Origin: Eledone cirrhosa
Lineage: Eukaryota
DNA: 64,000 nucleotides
Assembly: GCA_964016885.1 (NCBI GenBank)
Contig: OZ024741.1
Location: 172,360,001-172,424,000 of the forward strand
Reading direction: 5' to 3'
Of this stretch, positions 1 to 16,690 are shown piece after piece. The stretch's first letter is position 1. Each line of letters opens with the position of its first letter. A model generated the notes under the pieces. It was given only the letters and a program-made list of their open reading frames with translations. It had not been told where the DNA came from and made no database searches. The position numbers were made by a program, and so were the translations under genes.

Positions 1-77
1 ATGTGAATGTTTTTAGTTGTATGTGTGCATGTGCATACGTTTTGTATCTGTACATGTGTATATGCAGTTATTAGATG

Positions 78-350
78 CAAAATTTTTGGAATGTTTTACA
101 TATTTTTACTGTTCCATTAATGGCTTGTACTTGTAATTTCCTAACAAGTTATGTTCTTTCTGTTTCTGTGAAGCCCAGCTTCCCAAGATTTGTATTGAGG
201 CAGTTACTAACATATCCCAGTGCCCCAATAATCACAGGCATAAATCTGAAGGTATAGTCAGGGTGGAGTATCTGCAGATTTCTCATTAATTCTGCATAAA
301 TATTATTCTTTTCACTAATCTTTGATATTATATTGGCATCTGCTGGACAG
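78..350 (-). mobile_element. 3' fragment of an R4/Dong-type (RLE) non-LTR retrotransposon
   Basis: Translates to CPADANIISKISEKNNIYAELMRNLQILHPDYTFRFMPVIIGALG..., the typical C-terminus after the restriction-like endonuclease. Confidence 0.7.
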
Positions 351-399
351 ATATGTGTATGTTTGTATGCGTATGTTTGTATGCAAGTGTGTACGTGTG

Positions 400-550
<151 letters not shown>

Positions 551-1773
551 TGAATTTCTTCTGTGTTCGTCTACTACATACAATTACTCACAAGATGTCA
601 AGTAAAACGATGCCATGGTAGACATCACTTATCCCAAATATTATACAACAGGATTCGAACCCGGAACCATGTGCTTAAATAAAGAAACTTTTTAACCGCA
701 CAACCCAAACTTAGATAAATGACATCATTTATAACTGATGTGGTAAAATGTACATTTACTGAAGTGCATTTCACTTACGTACTTGTTAGGTTTTTTTGTT
801 TGTTTGTTTGTTTTTGTGTTTTCGTTATGTTTACATCTCTGAATAAAATGCCGTTTGTACACGTGCCTCTGTGCTGTTTTCTCAATCTCTATTTATTTAT
901 AATAAAAAAAAACGAAGCTCTGTTCTTATTAATAAGCATCTAGTTATAATAAACAAAGTAATAGTGGTGTTGTTGTTAATTTATTCCGTAGTATAATGGT
1001 TATTCATTGCAGGCGTTTTTTGTCAATACTATATTATTTTTATCTTCTATTCAGATGAAAGACGTCTTCCCTCCAATATCTTTCCTGTATTTATGCATCA
1101 AACGCAACAAGTTAATAGGAAAAACATGTGTACTTTTTCTTTTTTTTTTCTTTTTACTTGAAATGAAAAAGCTCTTAACATGTTTTTACATGAAGCCTTC
1201 AAGCTATCGTTTATTCAATACCACCTTATTATAAAACCAAATTTCCAATAGACACAAAATCAGTTATGTAGATTCCATGACTGCATAGTTTAACTCGCAA
1301 CAACAAACTACTGAAGGATCCCTTTGGCACTTGTGTTTTACTTTTTCTTCTGATTATCCAATATCGCTTGATTGAAATTTAATAGACGAAAACTGCGCAG
1401 AAGCCCGTCATTATATTGTTATCATTGGTAGTATGAACATAATTATACATTAATTATGCAGAATGAATCCTTAAAATTTTTTCCAACGCCTCTATTTTAA
1501 ATTGCCAAATTAGTGAATTATTTTTAGACCAAAATTAAATATTCTCCAAGTTGTACATACACGATATATCTGTTAGTTCTTTTGTTACTTTGGTATTGTG
1601 TGGTTGGGTTTTGCCTACTGCAATGTTCAATTTGTCAAGCTATTTAAACGTATGTTATTGCTCTAAGGACCTACCCTTATTGAGTGCTTTGCTAACTCAT
1701 TCCTTATTGTAGGTCGACTTTGCTTAGCCACAGCCAAAGCTTCGATTTTACTAAGCTTCCACTTGTATATATA

Positions 1774-1900
<127 letters not shown>

Positions 1901-1909
1901 ATAAGAGAA

Positions 1910-2055
1910 AATGCGAAGTAGTTTCAGAAGTTAGAATCCTTTATTGATAAGGCTGTGATACATATTTCAATGACGTCAGAGGGAGGCCACACGATTCCAA
2001 GTACCCAGTGCCATGATCTCATAAGACAGCTTCTTACATAACAAGGTTATATACA
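1910..2055 (-). mobile_element. PLE pLTR-like fragment with decayed hammerhead (CUUAUGA...GAAAU-AUGU-AUC)
   Basis: Homologous to 5225-5365; stem I gctgt/acagc; lies next to TA/GA microsatellite. Confidence 0.5.
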
Positions 2056-2173
2056 TATTATTGATTAAAGTGACAGGATGCCGGAAAGTTGGAATTTTCT
2101 TTTAAGTTTTCATTTTTGCAGACACTATATATATTTCAATGGCCAGTAGAACTCGACACACACACACACACAC

Positions 2174-2221
<48 letters not shown>

Positions 2222-2254
2222 ATATATATATATATATATACACACGCATATATA

Positions 2255-2409
<155 letters not shown>

Positions 2410-2569
2410 TAAGCAGAAATTTTCGAAAGGGCGAGTGGATATTATGAGAAACACCAGAGGAAGAATTTCCAGCAAGCATATTATAATCACCCGTAACGCA
2501 CGCCATTCTCCTATACTTCATCTGTTAATTTACTTATATAAATGTATATATATATATATATATATACAG

Positions 2570-2644
<75 letters not shown>

Positions 2645-2649
2645 CGCAC

Positions 2650-2681
<32 letters not shown>

Positions 2682-2778
2682 TGAAATTTCCGTTGAAAAC
2701 AGAAAAGGTCATAGAAGTGAAGAGTGCTCTATGTAAGTACCAGAGCAAAATTTAATGTATAAAAATCAATACAATATA

Positions 2779-2856
2779 ATTACCTCATTACCAGAGGTTT
2801 CCCAAATGAGGCGAATACGAAAGAAACGTCTTCATTCGTTCGTCAGACGAGGCAAT
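2779..2856 (-). ncRNA. Type I hammerhead ribozyme-like motif
   Basis: Minus strand: AUUGCCUCGU-CUGACGA-[38 nt]-GAAAC-CUCUG-GUA/AUGAGGUAAU; 10-bp stem I with 2 GU pairs; base of stem II poorly paired. Confidence 0.6.
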
Positions 2857-3105
2857 ACCACCTTATATATATATAGAGAGAGAGAGAATTCACAAGAATC
2901 AAAGCTATGTTCAAATGCTTTGAACATAGCTTTGATTCTTGTGAATTCTATATAACTACTCTGTAGAACAACTAATGTTATTACATTGAGCTATTTATCT
3001 TACTGGTAATAAGGTAGTAATAAATTACTGACCTTCACTGTTTAGGGTTTAAAATATATATAACTATAAAAAGTTTTAATATATACATAACCATAAATAG
3101 TATCC

Positions 3106-3502
<397 letters not shown>

Positions 3503-3698
3503 TATATACATGCATACGTACTCACATATAAAGGGATACATATGCACACACACGAATAAGACTAAATAATCATAATAGGCCGTCACATACAAATAAACAA
3601 ATAAAAAATAAGGATTCAGAAAATAAAAAAATTAAAAAATAAAAAATATTATTAAGTTGACTGCGATACAAGACGGCAAAATTTAAAATAAAAATAAA

Positions 3699-3810
<112 letters not shown>

Positions 3811-4211
3811 GACCAAACGCACGTGGTAAGCAAATGTACAAAAAAAACTAAATATATATATATATAAAAATATATAAATATTTAAATGAAATAAATAAAT
3901 ATATAAATATGGTAAATGAAATAATTTTCTTATGTTGTTTATTACATAACTAATAAGCTCTGTAACCTACATAGAGCACTCTTTTTTCCTGGACCTTTCC
4001 GACGGAATCACTTCATTTATATATATATATAAGTAAAAAGTAAATGAGGTATCGTATAAGGTAATCCATGTAGAGGTCATGGGTAATCTGTAGAGTGGGT
4101 GATTCTAACGTGCGGGGTTGTTTGCCCCGACAAGATGTTTACTTAGTTTTGGTGTTCGGATGGCCGATTTCAGACAGATCCTAGGTAGCTAAGCTGTTAC
4201 TGGAGTATTAA

Positions 4212-4395
4212 TAATTGTTTCTACTAATGGCACAAGGCCAGCAATTACACAGTACATTACTGGTACTTTATTTTATCGACCCCGTAAGGATGAAAGGCAA
4301 AGTTAACCCCGGCGGGATTTGAACTCAGATCATAAAGGGACGTAACTCTTTGCTGTAAAGCATGGCGTCAGATCGTCTACCGATACTGCCAATTA
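4212..4395 (-). mobile_element. tRNA-derived SINE (octopus-type, ~190 bp)
   Basis: A-box-like tggcagtatcgg, B-box gagttcaaatcc, core ctttcatccttacggggtcgataaa, ATT tail; many copies in the window. Confidence 0.85.
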
Positions 4396-4399
4396 ATAA

Positions 4400-5098
4400 T
4401 GAAGGAATGCACAATAACATGGATAAGCTATACAAATGTTTCATTGGCTTGGTGTGTCTAAAAATCGCTATCTGCGGTGCCGCTTTGGCATTCGATTTTA
4501 AGTACTATTATCACCAGCCAAACTATCAAAATACTGGTTCAGGGCTGGCGATACAATGCATTTATACTGAGGTATACAGACAATGATATGAAAAATAACA
4601 TGAAAATAACATGATGAAAGTATAGTGAAATGTGAAAATAGTAAGATAATGGTATGAAAAAATAACATGAAAAATAACAAGATGAAATGGGAAATAAGAA
4701 ATGAGAAATGAGAAATAATGAGATAAGATAAAATAAAATAAGAATAGAAAAATAAAATAATAATAAAATAAAAAAGTAAAAAAATAAATAACAAAAATGA
4801 AAAATAAAATAAAATAAGCATACATATATATATATATAGGTAAACAGGCGTTAAGATGAAAGAATAATAGGGTGATGGACAGTATAGTAATATAGTAAAA
4901 GACAGATATGTAAACCGAAAGATATATCGAAAGATAGAAGAAGGTATATACATGTCCGATGGGTGATAAAGATGTGTGGTGGGTGGGGGGGGGGGGGGGG
5001 TAAGATGGTAGGGGTGTTGATTGAAGGTAGCAGTGGAAATAGTGGATGCTTGGTACCATATGTGAGGGAAAGAGAGTTGAAGGGGTGTGTCTATAAAG

Positions 5099-5100
<2 letters not shown>
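4400..5100 (-). mobile_element. Probable PLE 3' end: T-rich tract followed by decayed hammerhead (4422-4527, CUGGUGA...GAAAC-AUUU-GUA)
   Basis: Same layout as the Naiad 3' end at 28.5-29.0 kb. Confidence 0.35.
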
Positions 5101-5141
<41 letters not shown>

Positions 5142-5217
5142 TTGGGTAAATATTGATGCAATTCAATTCAAGCACTCAACGTACTTTTTCCACATAGGAG
5201 TGACGGAGTAAATATCG

Positions 5218-6135
<918 letters not shown>

Positions 6136-6517
6136 ATATATATACATAGAACTAAATACCTGTTGGAAAAGCGACATCCTTGTTCGATCATCATAACACA
6201 AGCTTAGCACTATTTGTTTAAGCAGACAGTACTTGATTTAGGAGTTGCAGAAACCCTATACCAGATTTTACCACCAGTTCCGATAAGGTCCAGGTAAATT
6301 TTTCAATTATATATTATTATTTGTTTGACCCGAATAGGTTGCTCGCTTTTGACTTTGGGGTTAATAGTTTAACAATCGTCTCAGCGTGTATGGCCTTTTA
6401 ACGTATGTTTTATTGCTCTAGTACACTCGTATCTATTGAGCGCTTGGCACACATTTCGGAAGTTGTTTTTCGCTAATTTCCAATAGCCGAAATGCGAATC
6501 TCGCTAATTTATATTTG

Positions 6518-7606
<1,089 letters not shown>

Positions 7607-7673
7607 TATATATATATATATGATAATAAAACAAGTACGAGTGGTCACTCCTTCTTCATTACGTCTATTGGTT

Positions 7674-7758
7674 GGTGACGCGGGTTTCGCCACCGATCAG
7701 CTCAAGGTTCGATCTGTATCGATCTAGGCCGACTCTGTAGTCAACGACTCGTCGGACC
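7674..7758 (-). ncRNA. Decayed hammerhead with long stem II (core CCGACGA)
   Basis: GGU-CCGACGA-GUCGUUGA...UCGGUGGC-GAAAC-CCGC-GUC/ACC; related to 42454-42562. Confidence 0.55.
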
Positions 7759-7824
7759 CTTTTTGGTGAACCTACTGTAACTCCGCGTTACACTCCCTGC
7801 ATATATATGTATATATATATATAT

Positions 7825-7966
<142 letters not shown>

Positions 7967-8729
7967 ATATATATATATGATATACATGCATATATATATG
8001 AGTGTGTGGGGTGTATGTGTGGGTATGTATATTAATAGATGTGTGTTATTAATAATCGTACATATGAACAATTAAGCATTACCTCAATAGGTATTCGATA
8101 GATAGTATCGATGGAAGTAGGGTATATATTTTATTTTACTAAGAAAATGCTTGGTAGCAACATCGAACTTTCCGCTGTAATTTGTTTTGTCTGATTAAGA
8201 TTGTTGTTATTGTTGGGACAGTTTATGTACTTGGTTAGAGTTTGTGGGTATGGTTTCGCTATTAATTGGTTATATGGTCTTTTATAATATATTTCTTTAT
8301 CTGGTGTGTAATTTGATTGAGTAGTATATAGAACTTTTTTTATATTAGGATTAAAATGTTTTTATTGCAGTATATTTCCTTGCATAAGGGGAGTAGAGAT
8401 TTGAGTGGGTACGCGTGAGTTATTTGGGATAGGTAATCACGGTAAGAGGAAGATGTGTTGAGAGTATTGCAATAAAGAAGATCTTAAGAGATCTTCTTTG
8501 TCTGCAAAGTGAAAGAGGTAATGTCAGTTTAATAAAGGAGTGTAAAGATTTATTTATACCTTGGACAGTTACAAAATCAAATTAATTCCCGAAGAAGAGA
8601 AAAAAATGTACCAATATACTTTTGATATATCATGTTCTAAATTGATTTTGGTGTTTGAAGTCAATCAGGCATTAAATTATAAGTAAATTTAAGAGTCTGC
8701 GCATTTATTTGACTACTAAATTTTATTTA

Positions 8730-9030
8730 TAATATAATTGTTTCTTCTTTAGGTCAGCAAATTGAAGGGGAATGGAAAGTCGATTAAATCGACCCCTGTG
8801 TATTACTGGTGCTTTATAATATAATTGTTTCTTCTTTAGGCCAGCAAATTGAAGGGGAATGGAAAGTCGATTAAATCGACCCCTGTGTATTACTGGTGCT
8901 TTATTTATCAACCCCGTAAGGATGAAAGGCAACGCTAACTTCGGCGGGATTTGAACTCAGAACGTAAAGGACCGTAACTCTATGCCGAGAAGCATTGTGT
9001 CGGATGCTCTACCGATTCTGCGAATCCGTT
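8730..9030 (-). mobile_element. SINE with tandemly duplicated (~87 bp) 3' part
   Basis: SINE core present; tail segment occurs twice. Confidence 0.75.
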
Positions 9031-9260
9031 ATAATGACATGATAAACGACCAAGAGTGACAATAAAGTGAATGTAGTCCAAACTCATTGACAGTAGCTTT
9101 GCAGTGGTATTTGAGTGACACACACACGCGGTACACAAGCAGCATTTACACAAATTTATCAAATTATTATCTATAGTTATCTGAATTGTGTTGCAAACAT
9201 AATTTAAAATCTCTGATTTCCCCCAAAGCGTCGTAAGTTAACCAAATCTTATGCATATAC

Positions 9261-9342
<82 letters not shown>

Positions 9343-9912
9343 GCGCGTGGATGTGTAAGCATGTCTTTGTTCCTGTGTGTGTGCACGTGTATGTGTAAGC
9401 ATGTGTTTGTTCCTGTGTGTGTGCGTGTATGCGTCTGTGTCATAGCTTATATCCTGTAATGTCGAGGTTCGACAAAAAGAAATCGATAAAATAAGTACTT
9501 GGCTTTTAAAAATACATACTTAGATCGATATGATCGACTAAATCAATGCGGTACTTCATCATGATCGCAGCTTAACGACTGAAACCAGCAAAATACTAAA
9601 ATATTATATACTGCAGTAAGTTACAGAGGCTTCTTTGTCATTTACGCTATCAAGAAAGCTGTGAAGCAATAATTGGCCGGTTAGAAACATCTAACCAACG
9701 ACGCTATTGTTCAACAACTACAATTTAATTTGAAAAAGAAGGAAATCCACAGGAAAATTAACATTCGGTTGGTATTATCCATATATATCCTTAAAGATCT
9801 ATAATACGTGCTGCCAATTAAAATAGCAAATATTGATCAACCCATATTTCTATAGAAATGCTTCTGAGACAACAAAGCGCAACAAGGCGGTGAATCGTCA
9901 GAAGCTTTAGAA

Positions 9913-10231
9913 CAGGGGCGTGCAACAGGTGGCCCTCGGGCCAAAATCCGGCCCGCCAGACCAATCAAAGTGGTCCGCGGTGACTATTTTTTATGTTTAT
10001 CTTGAAGGCTTATTTAGAATTTTTTACGTAACCGTAATACAATTTACTCTTAACTGAAATATACTAAAGAGCTTGCCTGATAGGGTTATGTGTGTTATAA
10101 TTTTCAATTTCCATGTTATGGAAAGAAGTTGTGGTTTTCATTGGATTAAATATTTTTGACAGTGACTGACCCCTAATAGTTGTTCCAATGTTCAAAAGTG
10201 GCCCGCCAATGGAATATGTTGCACACCCCTG
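9913..10231. mobile_element. hAT-superfamily MITE (Charlie/Tip100-like) inserted in an old SINE
   Basis: 15-bp TIR caggggcgtgcaaca/tgttgcacacccctg (1 mismatch); 8-bp TSD ctttagaa/ctttagag; SINE sequence resumes on both sides. Confidence 0.9.
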
Positions 10232-11443
10232 CTTTAGAGCGCCGAACGAAATCCCCTACGGTTTTATTCAGACTCAAGTCGCCCTGAGTTCAAATTTCGC
10301 CTAGGTCAGCTTTGGGTTTCATCTTTCTGAAGTTCGATAAATTAAGTATCAATGTAGGACAGTGGGCTGGCGGCATAGTTAGAGCGTCGGAGAGGATACA
10401 TGTTGGTGTTTATCCCGGCGCCTTGTGTTATGAGCTTAAATCCCATCAAAGTCGACTTTGTTTTTCATCCTACTGGCGGGTGGGGAATAAAGTGACAGCC
10501 TACTGTAGTGAACTGGCGGAATCGTTAGAGTGTCCAAGTGGATGTCTTGTGGTATTTGCTCCAGTTCATTGAATTATGGATTCAAATACCACTGTCATCC
10601 TCATGTGTGGGAGTTAAATCTATTGCCCGGTTTAACACCAGGCATAGTGAAGTTCATTCTATTGTAAACATTTCAGACCAGGTCTTTAGTTTTAGAAAAC
10701 CCGCCTCTCTCGTTTACCAGTCAAGGAGCTCTGAAAAATGATGCTTCCCACCCGACTAAGCAATAAAATACTAAGGCAATGGCATGAGACAACAAGGCAT
10801 ATTCTATATGGTTGATTAACATACTTAGTATAGCAGCTAACTTAATGATTCTTTAATCACTACTTTGGGCAATGAGTTTTGAATAATACTGAAACACATC
10901 CCAACTTGTGTCTCGTGAAATCAACCGTGCTAATGAGCTAGCAACACTGTGTTTGAAATAACCACTTGATCTACCTCACTCTACTCATCCTACCTTAAAA
11001 ACGCCATAACAATTTAGATTATGTAAAACTAGATATATGCACTGTGAGAATGATGACGACAGTCACAACTTCCCCATACATTAATTTAACTAGGTCTCTC
11101 TAAGTACTAACCAATAACACCAACAGCTGCCGCAACATCTGCAACCGGAGAACGAAAATAGCCTAAACACCAATCTCAGCAACGGCCGCAGTAGTAGCAG
11201 CAGTAACGGTAACAATGGCATATTAGCATCAGCTCAACAGCAGCAGCAGTCATATTATATATAATGGCATGACAAACCAGAGAATATATGTGTGTATGTA
11301 TGTGTGTGAGTGTCTCTATATGTTTGTGTGCATGCGTACACATATATATATATGTGTGTGTGTACGTGTGTGTGTGTGTGAGAGAGAGAGAGAGGGAGAG
11401 TGTGTGTGTTTGTGTGTATGTATGTGTGCGCGTGTGTGGGTGT

Positions 11444-11501
<58 letters not shown>

Positions 11502-11890
11502 ATATACAGAGTTATATCCCTTTAGATTTAGATTCTATGAAATTAGGTGCCTTGAGGTTATTTATGCTCGTTTGCATTTCATTGTTACTTCACAATTTAT
11601 CAAGGTTTGCTCACTTTACTTTCACAAGATGTCGACCATAACTAGACTGATTATTACAAATGTAAACAGATGTATGCTTGGGAATATCTCATTTACATGA
11701 TGGTATAAGGTGGGCGGCAGGATAATAGTTACTGACGTACCGAACATATGATGAAAGATATTGCAGCATGTTTTTTTCTTTGTTTATACTCACAACCACA
11801 TAATTACTTTAACTATTCATGTTTGTAAGGGTTAGATTTACAGGGGATTTGTCTGCTGTTTCTCAGAAGAAATCATTATTAATTGAAAAG

Positions 11891-12680
11891 GGCGGTGGAT
11901 TGGCAGCGTCGGTAGAGGGTCGGACGCCATGCTTTGACGCATAGAGTTACGGCCCTTGCCATTCTGAGTTCAAATCCCGCCGAGGTTAACTTTGCCTTTC
12001 ATCCTTACGGGGTCGATAAAATAAAGTACCAGTAATGTACTGAGTAATTGCTGGCCTTGTGCCAAAAGTAGAAACAATTATTAATTGAATTAGCAGTATC
12101 GGTAGAGGGTTGGACGCCATGCTTTCTAGCATAGTTACGTCCCTTTACAATCTGAGTTCAAATCCCGCCGAGGTTAACTTTGCCTTTCATCCTTACGGGG
12201 TCGATAAAATAAAGTACCAGTAATGGACTGTGTAATTTGCTGGCCTTGTGCCTAAAGTAGAAACAATTATTAATAATTGTTTCGGGGCGGTGGATTGCAG
12301 TATCGGTAGAGGGTCGGGCGCCATGCTTTGCAGCATAGAATTACGGCCCTTTATGATCTGAGGTTAACTTTGCCATTCATCCTTACGGGGTCGATAAAAT
12401 AAAGCACCAATAATGCACTGGGATCGATTTAATCGACTTCCCCCTGCCCCCAAATTACTGGCCATGTTGCTATACTAGAAATCATTATTAATAATTGTTT
12501 CTACTTTTCGCACAAGGCCAGCAATTACCCCAGTGCATTACTGGTGCTTTATATTATCGAGCCCCGTAATGATGAAAGGTAAAGTTAACCTCGGCAGGAT
12601 TTGAACTCAGAACATAAAGGGCCATAACTCTATGCTGCAAAGATTGGTGTCTGACGATCTACCAATACTGCCATTCCACA
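11891..12680. mobile_element. SINE cluster: three head-to-tail plus-strand copies and one minus-strand copy tail-to-tail
   Basis: Core repeated near 11990, 12180 and 12370 (+) and near 12570 (-). Confidence 0.9.
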
Positions 12681-12959
12681 TTGCCAGTAAAGGTGATGGA
12701 TTGGCAGAATCATGTAAAAATCGTACATAATATATATATTTACATGATTTCGATTGCAGTCGTGGCGGATTTCGTCTTTTATATTCCCGGAGTTAATAAA
12801 AGACAGTATCAATCAAGTACTGTAGTGAATATAAAAGATTGTTCTCTACTCATGATTTGTTTACCTTCTACTTTTATTAGAAATAAATATTATTTCAGTC
12901 TTCCTATTATTGCATTCTCAATGTAGAACCGTGTGCAGCCATATGCATCTGGACTTTTG

Positions 12960-13500
12960 TGTAGTATTACTTACTAGCAGTACTCTTCATAATATGTAAG
13001 GACTTCGCGGTACTGCTCTTTTCAGTGTGTTGTGTATTGTCGTAAATACTGGCATTGTGCAAATTCTGACATTTTAGTTATGTATTAATTTGCATTATTC
13101 TATCCCGATAAAGAAACCATTATGTTATCCCGAACAAGGCTCGAGAATGTATCGGTCAAAATGACATGCAATATTTTTCCGGTTTTGTGTCTATATTAGA
13201 AGTGATTATTTCTTCATACACAATATGTCTATTATTATGGAGATTGCTTCTGTTTGCAATCCCAACATTTTACATATCTCCATTTCTAGATGTCTGTAAT
13301 TGTATAGTTTCTTCATTTCCTCTAAAAAGATATTATCGGCATGTTGGAAATAATACAAGAATTAGGATACGTTTTCATTTTTGATGGCATTTTTGACAAC
13401 AGATATCTGGCTAATTTACCTTAATACTTTCTGTATTTGTCGCTGTTTACTAGTGTATGACCACTTTGTCATTCTTTGAGACCATTTGTTGTGTAGGGTT
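12960..13500 (-). mobile_element. Highly decayed R4/Dong-type LINE 3' fragment
   Basis: Remnants of the Cys-rich and RLE C-terminal region in broken frames. Confidence 0.35.
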
Positions 13501-13819
13501 GTACCACCATCTAATTTCGTAAATATAGTGATTCAGACCAGCAATAGGACACAATAAGCTGGAAAGAAGCCATAGAAATAATCGGTAGTGAATGAAAGAA
13601 TAGGTAGAACAATAATGTATGCTGACAGAAGAAAAATTGTGACAGAGGGCACTGACACAGAAAGAATGCTAAACAAACTAAAATTAGAACTGTTTCCAAT
13701 AACATTGGGCACAGCTCCAGTTAAATAACAAATATACGGTGGTCGATCCAACCGATCTCTAACAGCACCCGAAGAGTCAATAGCCCCTCACATTATTTTC
13801 TCCCAGAAAAAAACAGTCA

Positions 13820-14500
13820 ACTATCATAAGAGTAGGATGCATAAATGTTCATGGCTTGGGGTGATCCTGGAAGCAGGGTCTCTTGCTGAACTACCTCAAG
13901 TCATTATATATGGACGTGGCTACCGAGGTTAACTTTGCCTTTCATCCTTACGGGGTCGATAAAATAAAGTACCAGTAATGCACTGGGTAATTGCTGGCCT
14001 TGTGCCTAAAGTAGAAACAATTATATATGGACGTGGCTGCTGACAGCGAAGCCACAGTTTCCGACACGCTTGCACTAGCCCCCATTTTTGACGACTATCA
14101 AATTTTCATCTCTTAGTTGGCCTAGAGTGGGAGACGGGGTAGCAGTGCTTTTTAGCTGAGGCCTGGACCTCGAGGTACAGACGAACACCTGGACTCGGAC
14201 GATGAGATGGTGATACTGGATGTGAGCAATAGCTAAGGTGGTGCTTTTAAGCTGGTGGCCGTCAACGTCCCAACTGGGGTTGAACGGTGGGATTTATTGG
14301 GGCGTCTAGAAGCCTTTCTAGGGACCTCCCGCTTTTTACTGTTAGTTGGGAGTTTGGAACGCCTTCTTGGACTCACGTTGCGACTGCGTGGAACTAACGG
14401 ACAGAAGCGAGGATTGGACCAACCACACAGAGTCATCTACATTGTATATATGGATAAGTTTTCCTTGGGAATATTGTAGAGGGACTAACTTTCTAGAATA
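13820..14500 (+). mobile_element. Decayed L1-Tx1 endonuclease fragment interrupted by a SINE
   Basis: Homologous to 35978-36600 (ataaatg..ggcttgggg..tggaagcaggg; ctggtggccgtc). Confidence 0.75.
13922..14019 (+). mobile_element. 5'-truncated SINE with 19-bp TSD
   Basis: attatatatggacgtggct at 13903-13921 and 14020-14038. Confidence 0.9.
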
Positions 14501-14689
14501 AGCTTATTCACTCGGGCCAACCTCGCTACATTCACCCACCATTCATATACCGGAGAACAACACTTCCCTACACACCATCGCCATCCTTTTCACGTGGAAC
14601 TTGAAAAGGTTGATGAAGTCTTGGCTGAAGAGGAGAATGTCTGTCCCCAAGTCCTTTTAGTCGTTCAAATCACGGATAAAAGGAGGCTG

Positions 14690-16690
14690 GATCTTCATGT
14701 GAAGGACTCTTACCCGTCAAGTGCTCTCAGACCCAACAGAAATGACATGGTTGTCATCCAAATACTGCTGGTTTTGGATAAAGAAGAAGGAACGAGACAA
14801 GAACCAACTGGACAAAGGAATTGAATAAAACTGTAATGAAATGTTAACTGAAAAGTGGTCCTACTAAGAAAGGCTATAGGAAATGAATGCATAAAATCTG
14901 GAACGATATTGGTCTATTTAAATTAGGTGGACAAAATCTATCGGGTCAGGCTCGTGTAATAAGAACTAATGGATGGATAAGCGATTTGGAATTTGAGGGA
15001 TTAAGCTGGAAATGGAAAGTGAAATGAATCAGGCAAATGAGCCAGTAGGAAAGGAGGGTGAAGTGGTCATGAGAACCGAAGAAGTGATCAACGGCGACAA
15101 TGATCTAAAGGTTGAAATAAATAACATCTAGAGTAAAACTACGGCCATTGACAGCTAACATCAGTGGAAGAATCCTTGCGATGAGTGAAAATCAAAATAT
15201 ATATCTTCCAAGGAGATAGCCTCTCCTCTTTATTGTTTGTCCTTACTCTCATACCATTGTCCCACGAGTTGCGAAGATTGAAGGCAGGATACGAACTGAG
15301 AAAAGGAGAGCTTACCATCAACCACCTCTTCATGGACGACCAAGTACATTCAACTCCCTACTCTCAGAGAAGAGTAGGGAGTTGAATGTACTTGTTAAAA
15401 CTGTTCGTATTTTCAGCAATCCTATATATATATGGAATTTGGGGTTAATAAGTATGGAGTCCTACTGATGAGAAGTAAATTGAAGAAAAGTAAAGGAATT
15501 TAGGTACCAAGAGGGAGATGATAAAAGAGATCGATACCGAAGAGGGATATATGTATTTGGGTGTTCTGGAGAAAGATAACATGAAGGGCGATAAAATGAA
15601 AAAATACTGAAATCACATCTGAATAGTAGTAATGCCATAAATGCAGTAAATTCCCGAGCTATGTCTGTTATTAGGTACAGTGCAGGAATTCTTAAATGGA
15701 ATGTAAACGAGCAAAATGAACTGGATAAAAAGACAAGGAAATTAATGAGTACCTACAGTATGTTTCATATGAAGGGTGATATTGATAGATTGTAATTACC
15801 GAAAGCTGAAGCTGGAAGAGATCTAATCAGCGTGGAGGATCGTCTTCGGATGGAGAAGAGCTCGCGACATAATTATGTGTATGAGAGTAAAAAGCCAATA
15901 TTTAAGGCTGTATTGAAGGAGGCGACAATAGACCGATGGATGTTCAAGAAAGAAGTAACAGCTAAGTGGAAGAAGAACCTGAATTAAAAGCCCTTTCATA
16001 GTATCGTTTTAAAGAAAACAGAACTCAGAGATCCGCAGACATGGAATTGGTTAAAGAAAGGGAACCATAAGAAAGTCACAAAGAGAATGCTACTGGCTGC
16101 ATAGGGGCAAGCCCTTAGAACTAAGTAGATGAAACACCATATTGAAAAGGAAGAGGCCTGTCCGCTCTGTAGGATCTGTGAAGAGAGAAAACTGGCTCAC
16201 ATCGTATCCGAGTATAAACACCTAGTCCAGACACACTATAAATGATGGAGGCATGATATAATAGGAAAAGTGATTCACATTTTTGCAAACTGAAGAAATT
16301 ACCTAATTCTGAGAAATGGTATGGCCATAAACCAGAGTCGGTGATAGAAAACTATCGGGTGAAGGTGCTGTGGGATTACAGGATACAAGCAGACAAAAAA
16401 TATAACACAAAAAGCCTAGCCTAGTGGTTTTTGACAAGGAAAGATATCTTGCTCGATTATAAATGTATCTTTCACCTTTGACACAAGAATGCAAGAAAAA
16501 GAGGAGAAATTTATCCGGTGCCAGGATGTAATCTGGGAACTGAAAAGGGTTTGGAACTGTCATGAGATCAAAGTCTTCGCCGTCGTCATATGAGAACTAG
16601 GTACTATCTCGAAGAGGTTTTGAACACTCTAGAAGGCATGCCTACTAGGAACAGCAAAGGCCTTCTGATATGTCCGATCATCTGAGGCCG
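14690..16690 (+). mobile_element. Decayed, internally deleted R4/Dong-clade LINE (N-terminus, RT, Cys-rich motif, RLE)
   Basis: WTKELNK..GYRK..QARVIRTNGW; IFQGDSLSSLLF; HLFMDD; CRICEE..HIVS..WRHD; KVLWDYRIQAD, with stops and frameshifts. Confidence 0.8.

Noticed and set aside
11891-11985. tRNA gene
   Set aside because: A/B boxes belong to SINE heads; no cloverleaf
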